64,000 nt of DNA from Selaginella moellendorffii (lineage: Eukaryota > Plantae > Lycopodiophyta), in the NCBI RefSeq assembly GCF_000143415.4, contig NW_003314272.1, forward strand, positions 2,257,728-2,321,727, written 5' to 3'. The notes under the pieces are model-generated. The model saw only the letters and a list, made by a program, of their open reading frames with translations. It was not told the origin of the DNA and searched no databases. Position numbers and translations under genes: made by a program. Numbering within the stretch: the stretch's first letter is position 1; each line of letters begins with the position of its first letter. This document shows, piece by piece, positions 11,837 through 23,732 of this stretch.

Positions 11837-12056
11837 AAAAGCTTGGGACGAAAGAATGTTAAAACCGTTCGTCGTATTCATATACGTCAATAGCTAACAA
11901 ATTAGTCCCGCTCCAAAAAATTCATAGCTCCTCTCACTCGCTCACTCTTAATCTTAGGCAGTCTCCCAATCATCCACTGCCCTCCTCCACGGCTTTGCAG
12001 CTAGCGAGTGAGCTTCCACACTTCCGGACTCTGTGGAGCTGCCGCACGGAACCAGG
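11700..12056 (+). repeat. Direct duplication of the ClpR2/NFXL1 3' junction (partner 14940-15215)
   Basis: ACTTGGACAGGATGAAGATTTTCAGC...GGCAGTCTCCCAATCATCCAC...GAGCTTCCACAC present in both places. Confidence 0.9.
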
Positions 12057-14374
12057 TTTATTTTATTTAGCATGTTTAGTAAAACTTAACCAGTTTAAAA
12101 TAAAACACATTTATTTTAAATTTTTTTAAATTTAAACTAATGTAATTAAATATCAAAGTATGGAGTTTGAAATTTTTTGAGTGAGGTATAATGGTTATTC
12201 ATATCAAACAAGTGTAAATAAATGCAAAATGCATTTGATAGGTATAAAAATATGATTCATTTATTTATTAATATGCAATTAATGATCTATAGTGTCTAAA
12301 GTTTGAGAAACAAATGCATAATTATTATATAAGAAACTCTTCTGTAATTATAAATTTAAAATATAAAATAGAAGTATATAAATGTTTTGATACTAAATAA
12401 ATGTTATTTATCTCACTACATAATCCATTAGATTAATGGATTCTACAAATAAGTAACAGTTAGATTATAATATTATTTAGAGAGAGAGAGAGAATAAAGG
12501 ACAAGTGAAAGTATATTTATTAATGCATAAAAAGATAAACTTATAACAAACAATTTATTGTGGCAATTTTGGGGGGAAAGTACTAAAAGAGGAAGTGTAT
12601 TTAGGATGGGTAACTTGGCAAAAAAAATTGTGCAAGTTTGCAAAATATATTAAAAAATACATACTAAATAATATAAAGTATTGTGTTTGTATGTTTAAAT
12701 TATTGTAACACATATGTATGACTCACAAAAAAATATTTTAAACACTACTTTTTTTATACATAGTATTGGTGCTCACAAAGTTAATGCCATATATGTGATT
12801 TTTTATGCTACTCAAATTTTGACTAGCAAATTAATAAATTGGTCACTCTTTAAACTAGTAGATGGCATATTCTTTTTCTACAATATATAAAGTAATTACA
12901 TAGTTATATTCGCCAAAAATTTAAAAACTTGTTATTTTCAGTATTAAAAGTATTGAGAGTATTTTCATGTTAGAAATAATATCTAGAAAATGAATATCTC
13001 CTACCATCTCTAAGATCCTATATCTTTGCAGTGGTGGATTGTGAAGAAAATCACAAAATAATGTTTAGTGATGGTGGAGTAGAAGGAGAAATATGTATTA
13101 CATATTTATATATATGTAAATTTATTTATTTATTTTTCTACGTTGCATAAAAAAATATTATATACATATTATGTATATATATAATTATTTTATCATAGGA
13201 TATGACACAAAAATATGATATCACTATAAATGTAATGAGGGTTTTTTTTTCATTCTTTTGTTATTAAATACAAATTTATGATCTCCTGATTATTATCATC
13301 TTTTTTTTCTTATTTCATATAACTATAGCTTATTTCTTGTGGCTTGGAAGTGTATTTTAATTGTAATGCACCTTAATATAAATATGGTACTTCAATCATT
13401 GTCACAAGTGCTTCTCATTTCTCATTGCTTGTTTGCAATATAAACCCCTAATATAAAGCCATAATCTAAGTAGTGATCAATTGGCATGGGGTGAATGCAA
13501 TCAATTGGAGCACAAAGGGAATGGCAAAACATTTTTTTGAATTATCGAACACGATAGTTTTTATGCAAGTAAATGGATTTTGTTGTAGTTGTGGTAAAAT
13601 ATTAACTTCATTCATTTTCAAATTTATAATCATATGCATAAATGTTTGGCATTGTGGTGGTTTGATGTGCTGCCAATTAATAGCTTAAACTTTTCTTTCT
13701 TAGGTTTGGCTTTTTAGTTTCAACTACAGTGATTGTATTATGGTGAGTGAGAAGTATTGTAACATAACACTTGCACATAAGTAAATTTATGAACATTTGT
13801 CTCCAATACATACACTAATGTATCATTTTAAATTCTTTTTATGATTGAGAAGCCAGAAGTTTTGTATAAGTAATGAATGATGTGCACCTTTAGTGTAAGA
13901 ATCTGCTAATTTAGCCTTTTGTCCCACCAAGGCTTACTCAAAGATTTTAGAGATGTTTATTTTTAGATATTGTTTATGGTGCAAAAATACTTTATCCATA
14001 AATCCAATCTTTAGATTCTTTAGTGATATAATTATGTAATTGCCCCATACATTATAGTAAAAGTATATGCCATCCATAGATTTTAGAACTAAAATTCATC
14101 CTCTAAATTTTGTAAGGAACCTTTTCTATTTATGGTTAATATATATATATATATCAATCTTGGCTTATGTAAAGTTAAAAGAGCTTGGTGTATTTGCCAT
14201 AAATTGAGGAATTTACTAATTTATTTGTCAAAATTTATGTAGCACAAAAAATTGTATATGTGGTGCTGACATATGAATGCATGCCCATGTGTAAAAAAAA
14301 AAACATTGTGTTTAAAATATTATTTCATGAGTCACATAGATACGTTATAACAATTAAACACATACATATTTTCT

Positions 14375-14452
<78 letters not shown>

Positions 14453-14627
14453 TATATACATATATATATATATATACACATATATATATGCACACATATA
14501 TATATATGCACACACACACACATATATATGTACACACATATATATACACATATATATATATATATACACACATATATATATATATATACACACATATATA
14601 TATATATACACACATATATATATATAT

Positions 14628-14689
<62 letters not shown>

Positions 14690-14939
14690 CAGGCTTCTAG
14701 GCCACCCACTAGTGTCAAAATAAGAGATCATCAAAACAACAAAACAAAATGAAACATTAACAATCAAGTAACCACACGCTCGACCTTTTACATTATCTTC
14801 ACTGTATTGGTTGTAAATAGATAAATATACTTTTATGTTACTTCAGTTTTATCATTAGACTTTGTAAACAATATATAAATAATTGGAATGGCAACCAATT
14901 TGTGATTGTGGTTTTGGGAGGTGTATGTGGGAAGTGAGA
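12057..14939. other. Very AT-rich insert between the duplicated blocks, probable transposon remnant
   Basis: Abrupt composition shift, no credible ORF, bounded by the direct duplication. Confidence 0.5.
14380..14687. repeat. Long (TA)n microsatellite with CA interruptions
   Basis: Directly visible. The IY/YI ORFs here are artefacts. Confidence 0.98.
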
Positions 14940-15111
14940 ACTTGGACAGGATGAAGATTTTCAGCCACAAAGCATCCTTCTAAGCTTGACACAAAAGAAT
15001 GTTAAAACCTCATAGTAATCATATACTTCCACGGCTAGCAAATTATTCCCCCTCCAAAAAATTCACAGCTCCAAATGGAGCTCTCACTCCCTCTCTCTCT
15101 CTCTCTCTCTT

Positions 15112-18099
15112 CTAATCGTAGGCAGTCTCCCAATCATCCACCACGTTTTGATCATCCTCCGCAGCTTTTGCTGCTAGCGAGCGAGCTTCCACACTCCCGG
15201 ACGCTGCGGAGCCACTGCTCGAGCTCCCCTTGTCTTGCTCCAAAGCCTTCCACGGGTTGCTCACAAGAGTCACCGGGTTCCTCTTGAGCCACACACCTCT
15301 TCCCGGCTCCTCGACTTTAGCCTCGTCGCCGCGGTGGCCGTGAGCCCGAGGTGGCGACGGAGCTCTCGCGCTGGAACTGGAAGGCGCCCCCCAGCCGAGC
15401 TGCTTATGCACAACCGCGCCACTCCCGAGCAGCGGGAGGACGAACGCACCGTGATACGGCGTCGCATGGTCGACCCGCTTCAGTGCCGTCGCAGCTCGAG
15501 AAGGATCCGTGAAGATGGTGATAGCGTTCCTGTCGTTGAGCCATATCAGCTCGCACTCCCCGGCAAACCTCAGGACCACGCGGCTGATGTCCCCCTCGCC
15601 GGGAAGATCCAGAAGAGCCACCACCAGCTTCGGGTCCACGTCCAGGCCGGGGTTGAACAACGGTGCCACGACGTTGAGCTTGATCAGGCGGCCCGGCATT
15701 TTCGACTTGGAGTTTACGTGCACCACCAGGTAGCGTCTCGCCTCCCAGCCGACGCTGCTCGAGGAGAGGTTCCACCTCTGCGCCAGCTGATAGATCACTT
15801 CCCGCTTGTCCTTCGGGAGAGGCGCGAAGACGTGGACGCGCAGCCCCGTCACGCAAGCCACCGACTTGGGGCCGAGCAGCAAATACTTGAACCTGTCCTC
15901 CACCGCCGTCACAAACTGCGAGTCCCTCTTCGCCATCTCTTGGACGCAGTCCGAGCTGCCATACGCTGTCAAGGGATCGCCGTTCGTCTCTATCCCCAAG
16001 GCATCGGCAAGTGACTTGAGCCTCTGCGTCTTCACGCAGTCGTCATCACAGCTGAGCTTTCTCTGAGAAGCCGGAGCTTTGTCTCTGGTAGCAGCGCCTC
16101 CCATCTCACACGGAACAGCAGCCGTGAGCCGCTCGCAACTACAGGTGATGGTCTCCATGAACTCGCATCGAACGTCCGGACAGGGTGACCCCGGGTGGCA
16201 AGCCGCGACGCAAGTATGGGAGCACTCCCTGCGAGAAGCCCCGCAGACTTGGCCGCATGACAGGCTGCTGCTGTCATCACTGTCGCATGGATCCGAGTGA
16301 CAGGTCTTCCCGCACGGATGCACACCGCACTTGCGCAGCTTCCCGCACGGCCTGTTGCACTTGATCTCCCTGGAGCCGCACGGCACGTTCCGCATGGTGA
16401 CGTGCTGTCCCACGCATTCCTTCGCGACCAGCACGGTACACGGCGGACACTCTCCAAAGTGGCAAGTGTGAGTAGCAGGGTGGCCGCACGGCTGAGGAAC
16501 GAGGCACAAGAAGTCGCAACGCGGTCGAGGAGTGCCGCAAGGAACCGGTGGCGGAATAGATGACTTTCCACAGGCGCACGAGAGATCTGTGAAGCTGGAC
16601 TGTAGGCACGGTCGGCAGTGCCCCGAATGGCACAGCTCCTGGCAGAAGTGTTCCCCGCACCGCAGCTTCTTTCCACACTCGAGCATGCAAAAATGGTTAT
16701 CCCCTGAATCACTCGGACAGCATTTGACGTTGCACCTGTGCCTGCCGCAGTTTCGCTTCTTCTCGCACTTCTTGTCGCAGATGAAAGAATGCTCGTCGCT
16801 GGTTGAAGTAGCGACGTTGCAGGGAACAACGCGAGAGGAGGCACCACACCGGCACTTCTGCTCCACAAGCACCTCGCACGGCGGACAAGGCCCAAGGTGA
16901 CACAAGTTGATACATTCGTGCCTTCCGCAGCTCACGTACTTCCCACACTCCTGACCGCATGTTGGAACCGGATCGAGGCAGCTCCTCCTAAGAGCTCGTA
17001 GAGTCGTCTTCTTGCATGGACATGTCGATACGCTCTCTGGAGAAAGCTCGCAGTCACCACAATCGCCGGGATGGCACTCCCTCGAGCATACGTGATTGCC
17101 GCAAGGCAGAAGCTTCCCGCAAATGGATCCACAGGAGAAAATGCCGTTGCCTGCGACGTCTCCTGGTACCGGGACTTGTCCGCAAACCACACGATCCAGT
17201 TTCCTTCGGCAAAAGCACGCCACTGCGACCACCACCTTACACCCTCCACACTCATCCTTGTGGCAAACCCGGGTACAGTAATGCCGACCGCACGAGAGCA
17301 TCCCTCCACACTGATATCCACAGCTGACCACACCTTCGTCCCTCTCGATGCAGCGTCTCGTCACAACTTTCCTTCCACAGCCACAAGCTTCCGGGAGTGC
17401 AAACGCCGCACAGGGAGGACACGGACCGGGATGGCACTGGAGCGTGCAAATGTGCTGGCAAAGGCCCAGCTTGCTCTTGTCCAGAGGCTTCTTGCAAGTC
17501 CCACCGCAAGAGTGTGGAGTCAAGTAGAAATCCACCGGGGGTTCCAGCTGCTGCCCGCAAAAGCACCAGTACTGCAAGTCGTTCGCTGGAGAGAGCTGAA
17601 TCGCCTGGCACCCGGGACACCTCCAGTTGCCACTCTGATCCACCGAGGTTGGAGCTCGAGCCCACTTCCTGATGCACGTAAGGTGGAAGATGGAGTAGCA
17701 GCCCGAGCAAGACCACACGCGGGCGTTTCGACCGATCATGTCGTAGCAGATCATGCATTCCATCTCCCCCTTTTGCAGTTTTTCCAGAAGTCCCTGAGCT
17801 AGCTGAGGAAGAGCGCCGGCGGGGATGACCGTCGTGGTCGACATGCTCAATCTTGCAAACTCGGAGCTCACGAACTGATGCGCTGGTAGTGATGGCGGCT
17901 GTTCTTGAGAGGTCGGCAGCTTTCTTTCTCTCCACGCTTGCCTCGATGTTCCATTGGTGCCGCCTCTTCGATTCGAAATGTGCTGCGGCATCGCCTCACC
18001 TGGCTTGGATTCCGTGTTCCTCAAGCCACCGCCATTGCCGCCTGTAGACCTAGTTCCTCCTCGCGCGTTGATCGCTTGCTGGCGATGGCTATCCTCCAT
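15112..18099 (-). CDS. NFXL1: NF-X1-type zinc finger protein (RING/PHD-like finger, NF-X1 repeats, R3H-like region), intronless
   Basis: ECMICYDMI..WSC..CYSIFHL.CI.KWAR, repeated CGxHxCxxxCHxGxCxxC motifs, C-terminal DDWETAYD. ATG at 18099. Confidence 0.93.
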   Translation of the reverse strand: MEDSHRQQAINARGGTRSTGGNGGGLRNTESKPGEAMPQHISNRRGGTNGTSRQAWRERKLPTSQEQPPSLPAHQFVSSEFARLSMSTTTVIPAGALPQLAQGLLEKLQKGEMECMICYDMIGRNARVWSCSGCYSIFHLTCIRKWARAPTSVDQSGNWRCPGCQAIQLSPANDLQYWCFCGQQLEPPVDFYLTPHSCGGTCKKPLDKSKLGLCQHICTLQCHPGPCPPCAAFALPEACGCGRKVVTRRCIERDEGVVSCGYQCGGMLSCGRHYCTRVCHKDECGGCKVVVAVACFCRRKLDRVVCGQVPVPGDVAGNGIFSCGSICGKLLPCGNHVCSRECHPGDCGDCELSPESVSTCPCKKTTLRALRRSCLDPVPTCGQECGKYVSCGRHECINLCHLGPCPPCEVLVEQKCRCGASSRVVPCNVATSTSDEHSFICDKKCEKKRNCGRHRCNVKCCPSDSGDNHFCMLECGKKLRCGEHFCQELCHSGHCRPCLQSSFTDLSCACGKSSIPPPVPCGTPRPRCDFLCLVPQPCGHPATHTCHFGECPPCTVLVAKECVGQHVTMRNVPCGSREIKCNRPCGKLRKCGVHPCGKTCHSDPCDSDDSSSLSCGQVCGASRRECSHTCVAACHPGSPCPDVRCEFMETITCSCERLTAAVPCEMGGAATRDKAPASQRKLSCDDDCVKTQRLKSLADALGIETNGDPLTAYGSSDCVQEMAKRDSQFVTAVEDRFKYLLLGPKSVACVTGLRVHVFAPLPKDKREVIYQLAQRWNLSSSSVGWEARRYLVVHVNSKSKMPGRLIKLNVVAPLFNPGLDVDPKLVVALLDLPGEGDISRVVLRFAGECELIWLNDRNAITIFTDPSRAATALKRVDHATPYHGAFVLPLLGSGAVVHKQLGWGAPSSSSARAPSPPRAHGHRGDEAKVEEPGRGVWLKRNPVTLVSNPWKALEQDKGSSSSGSAASGSVEARSLAAKAAEDDQNVVDDWETAYD

Positions 18100-18336
18100 T
18101 CGAGAACACTGTGCACCAAAATGTAAGGATCCCGATCGCAAAGACGCGCACGGCACTGACCTCTTCGTCGCGAGAACCCTAGCGCCCAGCGCCTAGAGGA
18201 AGCTGGTGCCGCGTTCGTGCAGCCAGGAAGAACCCTAGATATACTGGTCTGAAGCATTCGCTACACGTGGCAGCCTGCTAGGTGGCCACATTGTGATCGT
18301 TGATTCTTTGCCAGGGTTTTATCCTTCTCGCGAGCG

Positions 18337-19039
18337 ATGGCGCTCTCCATGGCGGTGGCGCTGCCTTGCGCGAGCAGGCGCCAGAGAATCCCCGACGCTC
18401 CTTCGTGTTCTTCGCGTTCCAGGATTGTTGCGGTGGTCCAGGGCAGGAGTAGGATTGGCATTCCCTCGCAATGGACGCGATCCAGCAGCGGCGGCAGCAG
18501 CACTAGCTGCATTGGAGCAGCATTGACATCGTTTAGTGGAAGAACTTGCCTGGATTCCGGTGAGTGAGCCCCTCGATCTATCACCTCCTCACAATCTCTC
18601 GAAATATTTCGTAGGCATCTATGTCGATGCGTCGATCGGTTGCCGGAATTTCGGCATTGGCATTGGCAATGGCTCGCGATTCTTTGCCATGCGGCACGGC
18701 CGCAAGGTCCCCAAGCTCAACCGGCCCCCGGACCAGCGCCGCGCGCTTCTCCGCGGCCTCGCCACGCAGCTCCTCCGGCACGGCAGGATCAAGACGACGC
18801 GCGCCAGGGCCAAGGCGATGCGCCCCCACGTCGATCACATGATCACGCTGGCCAAGGGAGGATCGCTCCACCAGCGAAGACAAGCTCTGGGCTACATCTA
18901 TGACAAGCAGCTGGTTCACGCCTTGTTTGCCGAGGTCCCGGAGCGCTACTCAGAGAGAAGTGGAGGATACACCAGGGTGATCAGGACAATGCCCCGGAGA
19001 GGCGACAATGCTCCCATGGCTTACATTGAGCTCGTGTAG
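18337..19039 (+). CDS. RPL17: Plastid 50S ribosomal protein L17 (intron ~18560-18615)
   Basis: Ser/Arg-rich transit peptide, then [24 protein letters not shown]...GGYTR...[14 protein letters not shown]. Confidence 0.95.
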
Positions 19040-19339
19040 GAGACGAATCTGGGAAGGAGGTCCCGGGTTCGATTCCTCCGGCTCACTCGTATCCACCACT
19101 CGTGTATTTCATTTTTTTTTCTTCTTGATGACTGGGAGTTTTCATTTCAGTGTTGGCTATGGCGTTCTTCCTCGTTCGTCCTCGTCCGTTTGTGGCGGAG
19201 CACAACTTTGTTTTTTTCGTGTTTCAGGAATTATAATGCCGCATTCACCTACTACGACGCAACCCACGTAGATCAGGTTCCAATCGAGATCTCTTCATCG
19301 CCCCCTCTAATCATTTCCTTGGTCCTCTCAGGTTCTTTC

Positions 19340-21359
19340 ATGGATTCGCAAGCAAGCTCCAGCAGTCTCCTCGGAGATGACAATGAGGGAGCCACCGGAA
19401 TTTACCACTCGCTCAATTGGTTGCTTGTTCGGCTGACGCTGGCTGCTGGTGTCGGGGGCCTCCTCTTCGGCTATGACACAGGTTGTCACACATTGTTTTT
19501 CATGTTTCTCACAATCGCCGGCTGCGCACCGTGCAGGAGTGATATCTGGAGCATTGCTCTACATTCGCGATGACTTTGAATCCGTGAATGAGAGCACTTT
19601 CTTGCAAGTAAGCTACCTCTGCTTGTTTGCGTGTGAAAGCATTGACAACCACTGTTATTGTTCTTGTAGGAGACAATAGTTAGCATGGCTATTGCTGGAG
19701 CAATTGTTGGAGCAGCCTTTGGAGGACACATGAATGATCGCTTTGGACGCAAGTTTGCAATGTTTTCTGCAGACGCTGTCTTCGCAACTGGAGCAGTCGT
19801 CATGGCAGCTGCGCCCAATCCATATATGCTGATTGCTGGCCGCTTTCTCGTAGGATTGGGAGTTGGCGTGGCCTCAATGACGGCTCCGCTCTACATTGCA
19901 GAGGCTTCCCCGAACAGAATTCGCGGGGCTTTAGTGAGTACCAACGTGCTCATGATAACAGGTGGTCAGTTCTTGTCCTATCTCATCAACTTGGCCTTCA
20001 CCCAGGTAAAGCTTCTACCATAGTCGAGCTGACCTTTACGGCTGAATTTCTGTAGGTACCTGGCACTTGGCGGTGGATGCTAGGAGTTGCTGGAATACCT
20101 GCTATTGTACAAGCTATACTAATGTATTCTTTGCCTGAATCGCCTAGATGGTTGTTCCACCAGGTAAGAGATGTGTACTTGCCTTTCAGCGCTCTTACGT
20201 TCGAATGATCAGGGAAGATACGAAGAGGCAGTGTCAGTGTTGGAGAAGATATATCCGGCAGAGCAGGTGAAACATGAAATCAATGGTCTTCGAGCCTCTC
20301 TGGAAGAAGAGAAAGAGGCGCCACGAATGCTAACGATACGGGACATAGTGGGGTCGAAACAAATCAGGCTGGCCCTTCGAGCGGGCGTGGGACTGCAGGT
20401 ATCTCGTTTCGTGTGTCTTCCTTGTTTAATCTAAAACTGTGAAGTGTTTCAGATATTCCAGCAACTGGTTGGCATCAACACCGTTATGTACTACAGTCCT
20501 TCTATCGTGGAACTCGCGGGCTTTGCCTCGCACTACACAGCGTTGCTGCTCTCCCTTGTAATCGCGGGAATGAACGCTCTTGGGACCGTCGTAGGTATTT
20601 TTGTCATTGACCACGCCGGCCGCAGGAAGCTGGGCATCTCTAGCCTGGTTGGCGTTGTCTTTTCGCTGGCAGTACTGTCTTCGGCATTCTACCTTACTGC
20701 CAGAGATGCTCCGTTAGTAAGCACGCATGCTTCTTTTGAAACTCCAGATCTAATGTGCCCGGCGCTATCACCTTCGAGACTAACTCCATGGACTTGCATG
20801 GACTGCTTGCAATCTACATGCGGCTTTTGTGCTGTCAAGAACAACCAGGTTGGCTCAAACTTTTCCTCTGTCTTGGTTTCCGGAAGTCTGATTCTTTGTC
20901 TTACAGATGCTCCCAGGCCGCTGCCTCGTCTCCACCGCTTCCAAGTTTTGCGGAGCCGATGGAGGTGGCTGGTTCTCGCAAGGCTGCCCGAGCCGATACG
21001 GTTGGTTGGCTCTAGTCGGCTTGGCCCTCTACATAAGCTGCTTCTCTCCGGGAATGGGCCCGGTGCCCTGGACGATCAACTCGGAGATCTATCCTCTCAA
21101 GTACCGAGGAGTTTGCGGAGGAATCGCTGCTACGGCCAACTGGATTTCCAACTTGATCGTGGCTCAGACGTTCCTGTCGCTGGTGAAAGCCGTGGGGACG
21201 TCGCTCACTTTCGCGCTCTTCGGCGTCATTGCTCTGATCGCCATCGTCTTCATTGCGTGCTTCGTCCCCGAGACGAAAGGACTGTCGTTCGAGGAAGTGG
21301 AAAACCTGTGGAAGCCTCAAGACCAAGACAGTGATCAGCAGCCCCTGGTGCGAGACTGA
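19340..21359 (+). CDS. INT2: Inositol transporter (MFS sugar porter with Cys-rich PSI loop), multi-exon
   Basis: [74 protein letters not shown]. Confidence 0.92.
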
Positions 21360-21893
21360 GGAAAGGAAGCAAAATTTTCCTGGATGGATTCCACCCAACG
21401 AAGGTCTCACGGAATGATCTGGAGGATCAAGATTTGCCCGAAAAAAAATTGAGACCGCTTTGCGATCCAAGGAAATCATGCCGCCTACGATCTACACGTA
21501 ATCCTCGACAAGAATGATCGAGGTGTAAAAGAGGCCCAACAAAGCGTGCGTGAGAGCCGAGAGCTCCACTTGGCGGCGGGTTGGATTGGATCGCAGTTCC
21601 ATCGCCTTTGCGCAAAGGAGAGCTCCATTTCCCTGTTCTAAGCTCTGGAGCTCGTCTTATTGGGAAAAAGATAGCCAGGCTCTGGAAATTTCTACTTGCG
21701 AGCCAATGCTGCGAGCGGCATGGAGAAATCCTTGTGGATTGCAGCTACTGGCGAGCTAGAAGAAGAACAAGAGCGACAAAAAATTGTTCAAGGCTCTGTT
21801 CGTCCAAAAAGGTATGAATGAGTTTCACCTTTTCCTATTTCACTATATAAATGGGCTCTGCGTATTAGGTTCTCTACTAAAGGTTTTGGCGAG

Positions 21894-22862
21894 ATGAAGA
21901 CGTGGTCGAAGATTTTAGTGTTTGTGTTTGCGATCTTGGCTCTCTGCGCGTGCGTGTATGGGAGGTCGGTTCCTCAGCTTCGGACTATCTACATGGGAGA
22001 CTCAATCTTTGATGTTGGAACCAACAAGTACGTGAAAAGCTCTGTTTCGCGTTGTGATTTTGTGCCATATGGGAAGACAAGGTATAACAAGCCATCAGGA
22101 AGGTGTAGCGATGGGTTTCTAATTCCAGATCTGATAAACCAAGTGATCGGTTTGCCCTTTTCAAAACCATTCTTGGGCTTGAAAGCTGGGAGCCAACCCC
22201 CACTGAGCATCAACTTTGCGTCGGATGGTAGTGGATTACTTGATTCTACTCACTCGGACTGGGGTGTTGTGTCGTTTAACGAGCAGCTAAAACAACTCGG
22301 GCAGCTAGCCAACAAGATCTCCAAGAAGAATCTCAATGATTTTGTTGTTGTGATATCTTCGGGTGGTAACGACATTGCAGCAAATCTTCAAAACACTGCT
22401 GAGATAGACTTGGAAGCAATGCTAGTGTTATTGGAGAAAGGCTTGGAGCAGCTCTATAAATATGGATTCAGGAAGATTGTCTACTCGAGCGTTGGGCCTT
22501 TAGGGTGTGCGCCTGTTGTCACGTCGGGTGGAAATTGCGTGAGAGAAATTAACAATCTAGTAGAGCAATTCAATGGGCAAGCTCGGGAGATTGTTTTGGG
22601 GGTGGCAAGAAAATTCCCAGGGATGAGAGGCACATTTGTTGATGGCTATTCACTGATCAAATCCTTTGTGGAGAACCCAGTTAAGTTTGGATTCAAGAAT
22701 GGAGGGGGTTGTTGCCCCAATTGCCTATCACACAAAAATACCTTGAGCGGGCTGTGCAAGAATCCAAGTGATTATGTTTTCTGGGATTTAATTCACCCAA
22801 CGGAGCACACGTACACACTACTGATGAGAGAATTCATGGAACAAATCACAAAAATCCTGTAA
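21894..22862 (+). CDS. Secreted GDSL esterase/lipase, intronless
   Basis: Signal peptide, GDSIFDVG (block I), GRCSDG, GGND, FWDLIHPTE (DxxH). TATA box near 21843. Confidence 0.93.
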   Translation: MKTWSKILVFVFAILALCACVYGRSVPQLRTIYMGDSIFDVGTNKYVKSSVSRCDFVPYGKTRYNKPSGRCSDGFLIPDLINQVIGLPFSKPFLGLKAGSQPPLSINFASDGSGLLDSTHSDWGVVSFNEQLKQLGQLANKISKKNLNDFVVVISSGGNDIAANLQNTAEIDLEAMLVLLEKGLEQLYKYGFRKIVYSSVGPLGCAPVVTSGGNCVREINNLVEQFNGQAREIVLGVARKFPGMRGTFVDGYSLIKSFVENPVKFGFKNGGGCCPNCLSHKNTLSGLCKNPSDYVFWDLIHPTEHTYTLLMREFMEQITKIL

Positions 22863-23732
22863 ATTCACAAAGTATGCTTACTGGTTTTTGGTTTTCTTAA
22901 GAAAATTTTTAGAGGGACTATCTAAAATATATTTGAATATTTTAAAATATTTTACCATCTAATGGTTGTTATTCATTTAGATTAATTTTACATTTATAAT
23001 TTATAAGTTTTCCTAAACACTTTTTAGTATATTCTTATTTATTTTACCATCTAATGGTTAACGGTTGATATGAAATAATCTTTTGTTTATAAATGATAAA
23101 CAAACTTCCATTTGATCAATTAAATTAATAAATAAGAATAACACTACTATTAAGTAAATCAATCATTAGTGCATGCAATGCACACCAAATTTTTTTTGAC
23201 TTTGTAAAAGATATGAGAAAAAGAAATACAGAACCAATTCAAGCAATCTCTAAAATCACTTTCACGTCTCACAATGCGTTAAAGATCAACTGGAGCTCTT
23301 TTAAATGCAATAAAAGGCCAGGGACAAGGTAGTTGTAGATGACAGGATTAACATCGCTGCTGTCGGCAAGTCCTTCCCAATGGATAGAAGCCAAAGCTCA
23401 AGTTCCGGGACTGGGACGAGGACGAGCTCGGGGCGTACACTGGCGAGTCGGATTTGTATCAGCTGGGAGGAGAAGCTGATCGCGCCGGCAGCAAGCCATG
23501 GTGGTGGTGAACGAAAGAGGAAGATCGAAGATGGGCTCGCATTTATCAGCAAGCTCAGGATGATCGAAGACGAGCTCTCTAGGTAAATCGAAGCGAAAGT
23601 GTTGATCAAGCTAGATTATTCAAGCTAAAGTTTATCCACCAAAGATTCTAGTCCTTTAACAAACCCATGTAAAGAGAAATATTTTACCGGGAATATACTC
23701 CTTGTGATGGGCTGGGCTAGGGTTTTTTAGCT

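Noticed and set aside
13400-14000. Faint Pif1/Helitron helicase-like words on the minus strand
   Set aside because: Too degenerate to support by eye.
14260-14767. 100-146 aa IY-repeat ORFs
   Set aside because: Translation of the (TA)n microsatellite.
15235-18200. Numerous long antisense and alternative-frame ORFs over NFXL1 (likewise over PUB26 and HTH)
   Set aside because: Shadow ORFs of GC-rich coding sequence.
19010-19090. tRNA T-arm-like GGTCCCGGGTTCGATTCC right after RPL17
   Set aside because: No acceptor or anticodon stems, and the 5' half would overlap the RPL17 CDS.
22910-23250. AT-rich patch with repeated ATTTTACCATCTAATGGTT (~22949, ~23041); possible MITE
   Set aside because: No terminal inverted repeats or TSD identified.
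23380-23586. 68-aa ATG ORF upstream of MED14
   Set aside because: No motif or gene-structure support.
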